Source of the DNA: Antedon mediterranea
Taxonomy: Eukaryota > Animalia > Echinodermata
Direction of reading: 5' to 3'
Length of the DNA stretch: 64,000 nucleotides
Assembly: GCF_964355755.1 (NCBI RefSeq)
Contig: NC_092670.1
Location: forward strand, 30,244,388 to 30,308,387
Every line of letters starts with the position of its first letter. The first letter of the stretch is position 1. Position numbers and translations under genes: made by a program. This document shows, piece after piece, positions 1-12,800 of the stretch. The notes beneath the pieces were generated by a model. The model saw nothing but the letters and a program-made list of their open reading frames with translations. It ran no database searches and had not been told where the DNA came from.

Positions 1-708
1 TTGAAATCACTTCAGAAAACTGATTTGTCAAGAAGGGGCATGGCCTAACTTTTGCAAAATAGTTTTCTTCAGTTTTTCATACAGTAGTTTATCAACTGGT
101 CTTCACTAACAAACTTTGGAAAACTTTTTGTTACACACTATGAGTTTGCTCAAGTTTGGTAGTATAGACGGTAGTGGTATCCTGGGATGATTAGGCCAGA
201 GACGAACTGACCCATTTATTCCCTATTGACTTTGCAATGATATAATATCATAATCATAATAAACATAATAATACATTTTTTTTTTTTTATTTCATTTTCA
301 GATAGAGTAGTAGTAGTACGAAAACTATGTAAAGCTTACTAGGCGTTTTTAAATCATAGCGGTTCACTTTAATATATCTCTATGTGAAAATATAGGCCTA
401 GGTCCTAAAGCATAGACTAGACGAAAACGATATTTTTTTGCAATATGCCCTCTGATATGCATGTATTTCAAAATAATAATTGCATAAAAAAGTAATTTAT
501 TTCATATCAACATTGGAATTATCAATACATTGTTATTAAATGGTAGTTCTAACAACTTGATATACCACAAGAATGTACAGTACATTAACATATCATTGGT
601 TTGTTTTAAAAGTGCGACGTTTGGGCCGAAAGTGAGACGTTTTGGGCGGAATTTCCATGATTTGTGTAGAATAATTTAAGTAATATAATACAATAAAAAC
701 AAATTTAC

Positions 709-896
709 CTCTTCTCTGAACCATCATCACAATTACGCAGTGTGAACCCTAACCTGAAGGTGACAGTTTGGCCTAGGTTTAAACCATGGCATGTTTTTGT
801 ATTAGCTTGCGGCTGTCCATCGAGGCAGTAGGCCTCGTAGTCAACATCTACATTTTTAGGAGCATTATCTGACAGCTCAACTTTTGAGGTAATTTT
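709..896 (-). CDS. Integrin beta exon ([13 protein letters not shown]...[27 protein letters not shown], hybrid domain)
   Basis: Hybrid-domain cysteine and G.TV.F pattern within ORF 705..962. Confidence 0.93.
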
Positions 897-3800
897 CTGT
901 TTTGTGAAACAAAAAACATAATATATTATCCATCTCTTATCAACTGCATGATTACTAACCATCTACGTCAGGCACATCAATAGTGACAACCAAGATATAC
1001 AGCAAATAAAATGTTGAATCTGTCTATTTACTGTATATTATAGTATGTTATTATAACATACCTAAGTATACCCTTGACATTTGCTCTTGATTATAATTGT
1101 ATTCAACGAGTAAATAATATTCAATGAACAGCTTTTTGTAAGAATGTTTATTATTATTAATATTGCGACAGGCCAAACTCACAGCAAAATCAGATTTTGT
1201 AGGACAAATAACAAATTAAAAGTTAACCTACAGCGTAGTTTTCCTTTACAAGTTCTACAATATTAGACGAATCACCTAGCAGTTGTCCAGTAGTAGCCCC
1301 CTGGATATGTTGCTTCAATTCCTGTAGTTAAAATAATATGAACATTATTGATTATTATATTTGATTAGAAGGTATATCTTACAAGTTATAACTTGTCTAG
1401 TTAGTTACTCTAGGGTTTTGGGTTCAAATCCTCCGATATACAAGCACAATGGATATGGGGACCAAATGTAAAAAAAAAAAAAGGGGGTGGGGGGGGGGGG
1501 AGGGGGGGTTGTTGACTGCTGCTGAAGTAAAAAGATTACTTTATAGGCTTTGATTTACCTGCTATCTGACATCATTCGTCCATTTTGATCCAGTATAGCG
1601 GCCAAAATTATGTGTAAATTCTCTATTTTTCCCAACAGTTTTTTTTTATGTTTGTTCATGCTGGGGTTGGGTCTTCAAAGTAGGCAGAATTGCACTGGGT
1701 ATAAACTTGCACTCACGCACTCTAAAAACTTGTAAGTTTGCATATCATACTTTTGTTTGCACACTTTTAGAGTTTTTATTATGAGTATATGTGTACCTAT
1801 GTACATATAATTCCTTGGTCAAATCACTGTTGCTTATAAACTTACGGCCATACTGCGTTGAAACACCGGTTCTCGTCAGATCACCGAAGTTAAGCAACGT
1901 TGGGCCCGGTTGCGTTCTGGATGGGAGACCGTCTAGAAATCGTGGCGGGTGCTGTATATACTGGAGAGTGATCGTGTAATGGTAATATCGGACTAGCATG
2001 TGATAGGCATGGGTTCGAGGTTATCTGTACCATATTAATTGCATCCTTAGGCAAGATGCTTTACTCTCATTGCCTAATCTGGTAGGCGCTGCACTGCTGG
2101 CTGCCGTGGGTCCGTGGAGGGCCTAATCCGAATTTCCTCACTGAGGACAAATATTAATACAAAATACAAATACAAATAAAAATACTTAAACTTACGTTAT
2201 ATACATCTTGCTGTGTTGATGTAACAGCAAAGATTGGAATGACGTTGTTCTCTCTCATTTTATAATTTAACTGGCTGATAGATGGATAATCCTGGGAAAA
2301 GTAATACAAAATAACTTTAATAAGATATTACATTTATTCATCTCAAAAGAAGTACAAAAGTAACAATTATGTGCTCAAGTTAGTGTTTACGGACCAACCG
2401 ACCGACATAGTGAGCTGTAGAATCGCGTTGCATGCGACTAAAATAAGAAAAAGGAGCATGAGACAGCGGGAATCCCTAAACATACATAAATTGTATACTA
2501 AATATTGACCATACAGTGAGTGTCGAGACCTTATAAAAAGATCCTTACCTGTACTGTGCTCATTTCATAATTTCCATTAATCATGTGACAATGACCATCA
2601 TTAGGAATAACAATACCACCAAGCTAAATAAATAAAACAATACGGCAAATAATAAGTAATAACAATACATTTATTGTAAATAATTTGGGGTATGACTATA
2701 CAATCAGTACAGGTTCAAGTCACTCCTCGACCATAGTTCTGGTGGTAGAACCGAGAAGAGAGAAGTCTTCTCGGATAAGTATTTAACTGGAGGTCCAATG
2801 TACACATCTGGCTTGTGTGCTTTCGGAAGTCAATGTGTGCTGGCTTGTGTGCCCTTTAAAAAGCATAGAACATTTGAAAGTCATTGTAGACAGGTGGCAG
2901 CACTTGACATAAAGAGGCCTTTAGTGGGAAAAAAAAAGTTTACTATATGTGCAATCAATACCTGTGTGCAATTCAGCCCAGTTAGGTTGCAAGTCGCAGG
3001 TTATTCCCCCACATTTATCATGCATTTTTGTTTTAGTAAAGGAGTTACTTATCATAATTAGAGTAATTCTGTATAATTCCTACATATCATTATTATTATT
3101 ATTGAATAGTCAATTGGTTGGTAAATCACTCTAGCCTATAGACAACTTGTGTTGTCTTTCGGGGAAGGCTTATTAAAATCCGAGCTGTTTAGAGAAATAC
3201 TTCCCCCTCTTCATAAGCCAGCTCGGTCTCTCAGATTCAACCGCTTTCTAGAAGTACCTCATTGTAAAACCAGCAGACTTAGGTCGTCTCCAGTTCCCAC
3301 CATGGTGGATATAATTAATAGGCACCACTAGCTCTTTTTTAGATATGTAATAAGTGAATGTTTTAAGGTTCTTCATCTATGTTTTTAATTTTATGGTACG
3401 ATATCTAATTTTAATAAGATGTTTCTATTTTTATAGCAATTTTAACTAATTTTTAGTCATTTGTAATACAATTCATTTCAGTCCTTGACTGTCGTTTTGT
3501 AATATATTTTTATATACCGAATAAATAAAAATTTAAAAAAAGGGGACAAGGTAACATGATGCAAAAGACAGAACATTATGTTAAATTTAGCACTTCATTT
3601 TATAATTTTTAGTCAAAACGACTTCATTATTTTACATTGTAAAAATGAGTTTCTGGTATTTAGAGAGACCTGTTTCGAGATAGTTGACTTTATAACAAAC
3701 ACCTATTAGGTAGGCTAGATTCTTGTCATTTGATTGGATAATTGTTGGCCACATTATATTAAATGTTTTATTGCACTCTTAATGATGTAATTGAGAGTGC

Positions 3801-6800
3801 AATGTCATTATATGCACAAGAGTACAATTTTGTTTTGCATGTATATTTTTGTTACACAGTGAGTGAGCAACCACACATGACAAGAGGCTATGCTGCTGTT
3901 GATCAAACTGTTTGTGCACCATGTTATATGTTCTACTCCGTGTAAAAAAACAGTGCACTGCTTTTTCGAATGGTTTGGCATTTGTCTAGGCTCTTGTTAA
4001 AAGTAGGTGTGTAAAAACTATATAGAAAAAATATGAATCTTTTATATTTGTGAAATGGAATAATTTTATTTGGTGAAAGATGAAAATTTGTTATATTTTC
4101 ATCTTTCACCTCATGAAATTATTTGTACCATTTCACATTAAATACTATACTTAGATATCAAAATACATCTATCAATTTTATATGGCTGTTTAATTGTTAT
4201 CAAATGTTGATTTCATTTGATTGATGTACCTTTCCATCTCCAGCATAGTGGAATGAATCATCACTTGTGTAGATCACAATTCTCCTTGCATCCTCTCGCC
4301 AACCAATTTCTTCCTGTAATCAACAAGAATAGCATTCTCACATGTGTGTACATTTAATGGCCTTTAGAAATTGCTTCCCGCTAGGACACAACACAAGGAC
4401 AAGTGCAACTAATCTGACCAATCACAAAGCATTAAATGTCGATACATCACATCACAATTGGTTAGATTGCTTTTTATGTCCTTGTATCCTAGTGGGAACC
4501 CAGCTTAATCTACAGTAACTTGAAAATGAGGAAAGTCAGGAGGCTTCTAAGGATATGTTTTTTCTGGGAGAGAAATGCATACTACAACAATTCACCTCAC
4601 CCCACCCCAAAGAGGCTTGGTGTTAATCCCCATATTTGTTGATATGCAACTGATGAACCTTTTTATAATTTGACATTTGTGGGACATAATTTGTAAAAAG
4701 ATTGTGATAGGGCGTTGCGCATGCCAAGCACAATTGTTATCCACTTTCCGGTTTAAAAGTGCTGAACTGACAGTAACATTATACAGCACCCTAAATTACT
4801 TAGTCAACACCCTTTAATTTGATGAGCACACAAGATAGAACCAGTTGAATATAACTTTATACATGTTAACTAAATTTTGCTTTTTGATTTTTTCCCTCTA
4901 TTTTTTTCTAATGTATTGGTACTGTACGTACGGTGGTGTGGCCACAGCTAGCAACGCTCGATGTACAAATTGGTAAATTTTCTGAAGCCACATATTTGAT
5001 TGTACCATTTTCACAATTGCCTCTTTTTGGGATACTGGAATTTAATGTCTAAATTTATAGATTTGAAAACCTAAAATTTATACTTCACCTTACAAACAGT
5101 GACCTGCATTAGAGCATCCATACCGCCCTCTGGAGCATCCAAATTCCCAGATGAATTTTGCATCTTTACACTACTCTGTAAAACACACACATTGTATTTA
5201 TATGAATAATCTAATAACTGTTATTTGATTTAAATATTTATATAATTTACATTTGTTCACAAACTTTTGTGGACCAGTAGTTAGCCATATATACAAATAA
5301 CAATTAAGTGAGATATTTTATGTTTAAATTAGTCTTAAAGACTTACTATAGTGCATATAGAGATATTTGTGGGTGTGGGGTGAAAATTGTTTATTTTTCT
5401 GTACAAGATAGGAAATTCTTATTACCTCCTATGCTAGACAATGTTGTGATATTAGTCATTCATGCATTAAATTATAGATAAATACATATTGTCTATTGCT
5501 TTAAACTTATCAATTACTCAGAAGTAGAATTAATGGTTATGATACAGTTTTGATCCTTAATTTTGTCAACCTCTACAGTATATATTTACAGGGCTGTAGC
5601 CACCAGTACAGTAGGTAAAGTTTCAACCTAACCAATTTTTCACAGAGGCCTTTGATAACCCAGGGGTTTGAACACCACACCCCTTTATTTATTTTGGCTC
5701 ATCACTGATTTATATTGATGTAAAATGAATAGCCCAAATTTACACTTAGCCATGGCATGTTCATGTTACTCAAATTTCTATTTTTGCTATTTATTCCCTC
5801 CGGACTACATTGGAGGGGGGCTGACCGGCATCACTTGTGTCTCAAAATAACTGTCACAATCTGTTAATTACCTTTCCCTTTGTTTACCATCCAGATAACA
5901 CGATAGCTCTCTCTAAATTGCTGGGGAGGACACATGATTTTTAAACAGAGGGGAGCTAACAATTAATATTAATCAAAGTATTAGCCTAGTCTATCATTTT
6001 ATTTTAGCTGTCAAAAGTAGGGAATGCACGCTCCAATGATACAAGTGCTACCCCACCAGCTCCCTCCTTCAACCTGACCAATATAAAAGGTTTAACTAAC
6101 TGTGAAAAGGTGAGAATCATTGGTAAGGCGTAAAACATTTTTAAAACCATAAGGTGCATCACAACCAATACATGGTGCAGCTAATCTGAAAAATAACATC
6201 ATAACAAATTAAAAATACTATTTATAGAAAAAAAAACACACTTCACAAAACATGTTAAAATAGTAAAAATGCTAATACGTTTACTTTACGATTTGCACAT
6301 CCATTGTGTCAACTGATAGTGAAACCCTATGGCGCCATTTTCATGATTTTTTACAATACATCTTTAATAGTCTGTATGATTGTAGAAAAAAAATTGCTGA
6401 TCTTACTTTGAAGGCACTGTGCTGACGAAGGGCATAACTGTTTTATCCACAAAAGATCCAAATCCTAATTGATAACTACTGGTTATAGTCTGCAATGCTT
6501 CAGCTGAAATATTATAATATATCAAGTAAAACATTTTGTATTATATACATTAGTACAATACTAATAGTAAAATTAAATCAATATGAACAATTTTAAGTAA
6601 TTTAAGCTTAATTTACCAACAAATCGTTCAGTATTAAATGTTGTACATTGTTGATTTTTTATAGACATATCTTTAATCTGTAACCAACACACATAACATT
6701 AATCATAGTTACCAACCTGAGAAATTTGTAAGGTGTGATAGACTATACCATTTTTGTTGTGTGGGGAGGGGGAGAATTCAGAAACAAAGTATTTGAGCCA

Positions 6801-9800
6801 CAGCTAATTAAAAATCACTTGCAGGACTGTGTCACATGATACGACACAGTTGGTAACTATGACACAAATGGTTCTGGTAGGAAAAGCTTTCCTGAATACT
6901 ATAAACGATAGCCTAGTGTACTAGTTCACAGCTACTGTTGAGACAGAGTGACCATGTGACCATAGTGGACAGTATGGTCATTTTATAACACTGGAGAAGG
7001 AGCATATTATAATCATATAATACATACATCTATTTTGTGACAGTGTTTGCATTTACATTTGACAAAGGTATATTTTTATTAAGAAAATTGCGTGAACAAT
7101 TAAGGAGAAGATATTTGATATTTCTTGCATCTTCAATCTTACCTAATTGAGATCCTAGTGTTTTAAGATTATCTAAATCATCTTTCATCGAGTTTGATAA
7201 ATCCATAACATAGTACAAATCTACTGGATAATCCTCGGCCTGGCGTACTTTAATATCAATATACGCTGGTTCACCTGAAGAGAAAATTATAAGTTCCTTT
7301 ATGGAATTATAACTGCGAATACAGACATGGTAAGGGAACAACATTTGTGTGAGATGTGAGATCTAGCATGTCGGATCCCTCCATATCGTATTATTGAGCG
7401 GTTGTTCTTTGTACATAAACCTATATACAGATACTATTGTTTAATTTGACTTGTGAAACAGTGAGTAGTATCATAATTTTAAAGAATCGGACTGTACTGT
7501 ATGTATGCGAGCTGGGTTAAAACTTTAAGACTGCATGCCGTGCCTGTGTTCTAGAAGATTGACAACCATCATTGCCTCGTCCTGTGGATGAGACAGGCCA
7601 GTAGTCTTATGTATGCCTACATTATGGGTAGAGAAGAAGCTACTATTACTTTAGTAGGCATTACTCTTACTGTAATTGTTAGGCTTAGTAGAAATTATGT
7701 TACTTGGTCACAGGTTAAGGTTATGAGCCAGGACACCAAGTCAGACATGGAACAATGCATACAGTATTATTGATTTTAAAAAGTTCTGGCAGATACCATA
7801 CACAGCATCCTGATTTTAACATAAAATAACCACTGTGGAAGATTTTCTACATATAAATCATGGTTGCACAGTCTTGCTACTTGTCTATGTGGTTTCATTT
7901 TATTATTTAAACCTAAGTGAATAAATAATATATAATTATACGTTTGATAATAATTTTAAAGAATAATCATTGTATACCTGGTTTAAGATTAAGCACTACC
8001 TCTTGTGGTTGAATCTGAACTGCTGGTGTTGACCCTACAGCATTACTAACTTGTTTATTCTGTAAAAATAATACATATCTACAGTATAACCATTTGCAAT
8101 ACAATTCAGGCCTGTAGCAAGGGGGGTTTTATGGTTGGGCGAACCCTCCTTTTTTACAGCCCCCATCCCGACATGCCCAGTACCCTCACCTCATCTCTCA
8201 AAATCCAAATACATGCCCACAAAAGGTTATTCGTAAATTGAAAAATGTGTAAACTTGAATAACTGTAGTTTACATTATAGCTCATCCGATTATATTTTTC
8301 TAGGCAACCAGTCGATACGTACCTCAATTGTCAATACCACCTATTTACATTGATATATTTAATTTACTCAACAAATTGCTGTAAATAAATATAGATGATA
8401 TATATATATGATGAGGCTGGAGACAATGAAAGATGTTGACTATTTTAGAAAGTTGGATAACAAACGAAAGAAATGGAGAAACCTGGTACAAAGAGTAAGC
8501 AATGCAGCCCAGGCAGAGAAATCAGACGATTATTCGGCTAAGAGGCACTAAATAATAATAAAATATAAATATAGATAGTATAAGCATTGAATTTGCCTTC
8601 TCACCCAAACTGTGCATTTTTCCGGCTCTAGATGTACGTTCGGATTGAACTTGAACGCAAAACAAAATACCGAGTGAATGATCAAACAATCGGCGGTTCC
8701 GCACAGAGCACGCGTATATAGCAAAAGGAGGAAAAAAGTATGATCGTTTTGCTCATTGGTAGCATGCTGCATGAGAGTGTCTTTTCCGGCCATTTATCAT
8801 GAACTTATCTGCGAGAGTACCATTTCCGGCCATCTAGGGGTGTCATTTAACAAAATTGTGTTTTTGTTAACTTGTAATTGTTAATACAGAATCTATAAAT
8901 GTACTGAAACTTATATTAAGGTATGTTATATAAAACTTGTGAAGCAACTTATTTTAATTAATCTTTTTTATTTTAAAAGTCTATGAAACGATATGAAATG
9001 TCCTCAATGTTGACATTAACTGACAAATCAATCCTGATTAATAAAACTTAGAACTTACAAAATAAATGTATATATTTTCAAGATATGGAAATTACTTCCA
9101 GACGAGCAATGGTAACACCACTGTGTATTAAAAGGCATGCCAAGGCTATGAGAAATTAAGACAGACAATGGAATCTTAATAGCAGGCACTTCTTATTCAG
9201 TTAATAGGTAATTAATGTGCTGTTGAGAATCTCATTCACTGTTTCTCATTTACTAGATGAACTTTATTCAAGGTTTACTACTATGTCTTTATTGGTTATC
9301 CACACTTGCCAGATAAAACTATTGTATTAACTTTTTTTTCTTACACATTAAGGCAAACAAAACAACCATCCCTCATACAAATCTATTGTATACATTTACC
9401 TTTTTTCTTACACATTTATGATTAAGACCAGATTTGACTAAATTGGCTCCAACCAGTATTAACAACTGTGTAAGAAAATTACACATAAAACAAACACTTA
9501 TCTAGTAGTTAGTAAGATAAACCAAAGCCTATATATTATTTTTCAATTGGATAGATACAATATTATTTAAAGTTGTTGGTATTTAGTAGATTAGTTACAT
9601 CTTATATAATGTGGTATTTCGCTTAATTTGCTATACTCTGTTCTGTGTTTCTTTTCATGTATATATTATATCTAAATAAAATACAGTATGTATAGTAATC
9701 CGTTTTAAGAATCACTCTGGCTAAAACAAACTAAGGCAGGATTAATTATATGGTAACAATTTTATAAAAGAACATGACAAAAAATTAGAATTACACTATC

Positions 9801-12800
9801 TGGCTTAAGGATTGGCTATAGCATGAAAAATAACATATAGCCTAGTTATTATAACTAAATAGCAGTAATTATTATACAGATATTGCCTGCTTAGAGGTGA
9901 AATATAAGATTTGACATTCCCAAGGGAATATATAATTTCCCGAGAACATAATATCATCCAGAGGGGATGTTAAATCTTATATTTTACTGATATAAAAGGC
10001 GATATCTGTTATATTACATAGCCAACAACAAGTAGAATATCTGCTGGGTCGGGTAGCTAGGCTAGACCTCTTTTTTGTATTGTATGTAAACAAGCTGCCT
10101 AGACACCTTTACCTTGCGAAGAATAATATACAGATAATTACTAATTAATGATTCCTTGGCAATACAATATTCACTAGCCTTAGTACCGTAGGTGGTTTAA
10201 ATAATAACAGAAGAATTTCCATAAATAAGCCTACATTAATAATAATAATATTATCAGGAGCCCTACTGTAGGCCAAATAAATAATAATTTGTTTTCTTCG
10301 AGCCGAATCACCGGATGTTTAGTGCGTCGCGCGCGTACAGGTTACTACTGTGAGTTAACCAATCAAAAACGGTCTTTCATCACATATAGGGAGGACCAAT
10401 AACAAATGAGGGTGCTATGTATGCATAGTTTATATAGTTTAGTTGATTAATTTCTTCAAGTAAGTTCCGTGGCGCAGCGCATGAAGCGTTGTCTTGTGAT
10501 AGAGTGACAATTTCATCGCGAGTTCAAGACCCAGTAGATGACTTTTGTTTATTTATCGGCAAACACGAGTGTTGCCACACGAAAATTACACAGTCAATAT
10601 CATCGTAATCGAGAATGTGCTGGATTTTATATGTTTAATGACAGGGATATGATAATTACGCGAAAATTACTCAGTCAATACCATCGTACTCGAGGATATA
10701 TACGATTTACGATCCTTGCAGCGGTAGTCATGTGATGCAGTTTCAACAAATCACGTTCACGTATTTACATTAGGCTACGTATTATAACTAAATAGCAGTA
10801 ACTCAATAAGATACAATAAGGTACAGCTACTGGTACAGGTACCATATACTTTTTAAAATGTTTTTTATTAGATCCTAATGTTCTAAATACAGTAAAACAT
10901 TACTAATGTCGAACAAAAATAAACAATTACAAATAACAATTTAAATATTTATAGTATGAAATTGAAATTAAAAGCATAGTCTAAGGTTTATATTTAAAAT
11001 AATATTTATTATTAAATTGTATAATAAGAATTGTATTAATGTATTAATACATTAATCAAAATTTCTAAGAACATTTATTGCAATTCTTTATACTCTACTT
11101 CAAAATAAAACCATGATTGTCTTTCAAATTCTTTGAAGATCAACAGCCAATACTGACCTGTGATCTATGACTATAATATTATTATTATGGTTATAGGTTA
11201 TTGACCTATAATAAAAGGCAATCTTACTACAATGAGTATAAACCACTATACTCTCTGTATGTATAAAACTGGGACACCAGTCACCATTGAGTATTTATTA
11301 TTATGACTTATTTATGACTCTATTGAATTGAACCAAGTTCTTTATTGTGCACATTTTTAATTCAATCATTCCTTTTATTTCAAATAGCAACATCCATAAA
11401 CATAATATACAAACAAAATATTCTAGTAATACTAATTATAATAGTAAATCATCAGATCCTTCCAAATCACAACCTATAGTACTAATACACTAAGGGTACG
11501 TTCACACGTATGGCGTAAGACTGGTGTGGCTTATGCAAGCGGTAAATTAATCAACAAATTAAAATGGCCAAGTGTTCACACGTACGCCATGTGTGAATGG
11601 GCTCTAACATTAATGGTCTGTAAATTGAACCAAAGGTTTTAGGTGTTATTCAAAAGATGAGGCAATGAGAGTAAAGTCTTATTATGAGACAATATGGCAC
11701 AGACATTTATCAAACCAAGGCGGTACTGTATATACCTTCATGATCAAACTTGGTCAGACATCCTTACTAAACCAAACCACTCTCTTAAAAAATGTAGTGG
11801 CATCATACGACTTTGTGACATGTCTGAAGAAGCTGGTCTTTAATTGGAGGAGTTTAGTTATTGACAATAAATATCATTAAGCCTACTGGTTAGAAAATCA
11901 CATTTATTAGTTTTGAAGAGATGGTACATTCCATACAATTGAACAGAAGGCCTATCTATAGTGTCATATTTGAAGGCTAATTGGCTTCAACATTGTTTTC
12001 CAACACATTGGAATTTCAGTAGGTGAAATGTCATATCATATTACAGGAAATAATAGTCCAGTCATCTTATGAGGTCAAAACCACTGCTAGTGTTGGTATA
12101 TTATGAACATGTTTTGGTATTTATGAACATGTTTTTGTATTATGAACATGTTTTTGGTATTATGAACATGTTTTGGTATTGTGAATACACAGTAACAAAC
12201 AGGTTAAAATGTTGAAATACCCAGGAAGGAATACAGTACTTATAAAATCATTCATTATTTTCTTTCTTTTCGTTTGTGTCTCTCTGTACCTACGTATAAA
12301 TAATAAATAAACATGACCTCCTACGAATAAATCCCTTCCCCCTTCCTCAGAATATAGAAAATCGTTTGGAATAAACACCTCCGGAGCTTTATTTATTTCC
12401 ACGAATAAACGCCGGTCACAAGCACAATATTGTATTACAACACATATTTGTAGTAGAATTTATTGATTGATTGATCTACAATTTACCAAGCATTTTATAC
12501 TATTTTTACTGTATTTTATCACTTCTCGATATTATTGTGTTGTATTTTTTCATATCTATTGGGTATTTATTTTATTATACATGTTACCATATTATTATTA
12601 CATCGAAAAAAAAAAAACTTCTTCTTAGAATAAACACCTATTGTGAATAAATGCCTCCTAAAAACCCTCCTGAACAATACTAACGTCCCGGGGGATGGTA
12701 TCTTAAATATATTTATTCTCAAATTATGTCTGTCCTGCTATAAACATTATTAAATGTATGTACCCAGTGTATTTTCCCAATCCATTAACACTACAGCAGT

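Noticed and set aside
1483-1508. Long G run (G-quadruplex potential)
   Set aside because: Simple homopolymer next to a poly(A) tract; no evidence of function.
1840-1958. Functional 5S rRNA gene
   Set aside because: Single intronic copy with a diverged 3' end, no T-run terminator, and fused to a SINE body.
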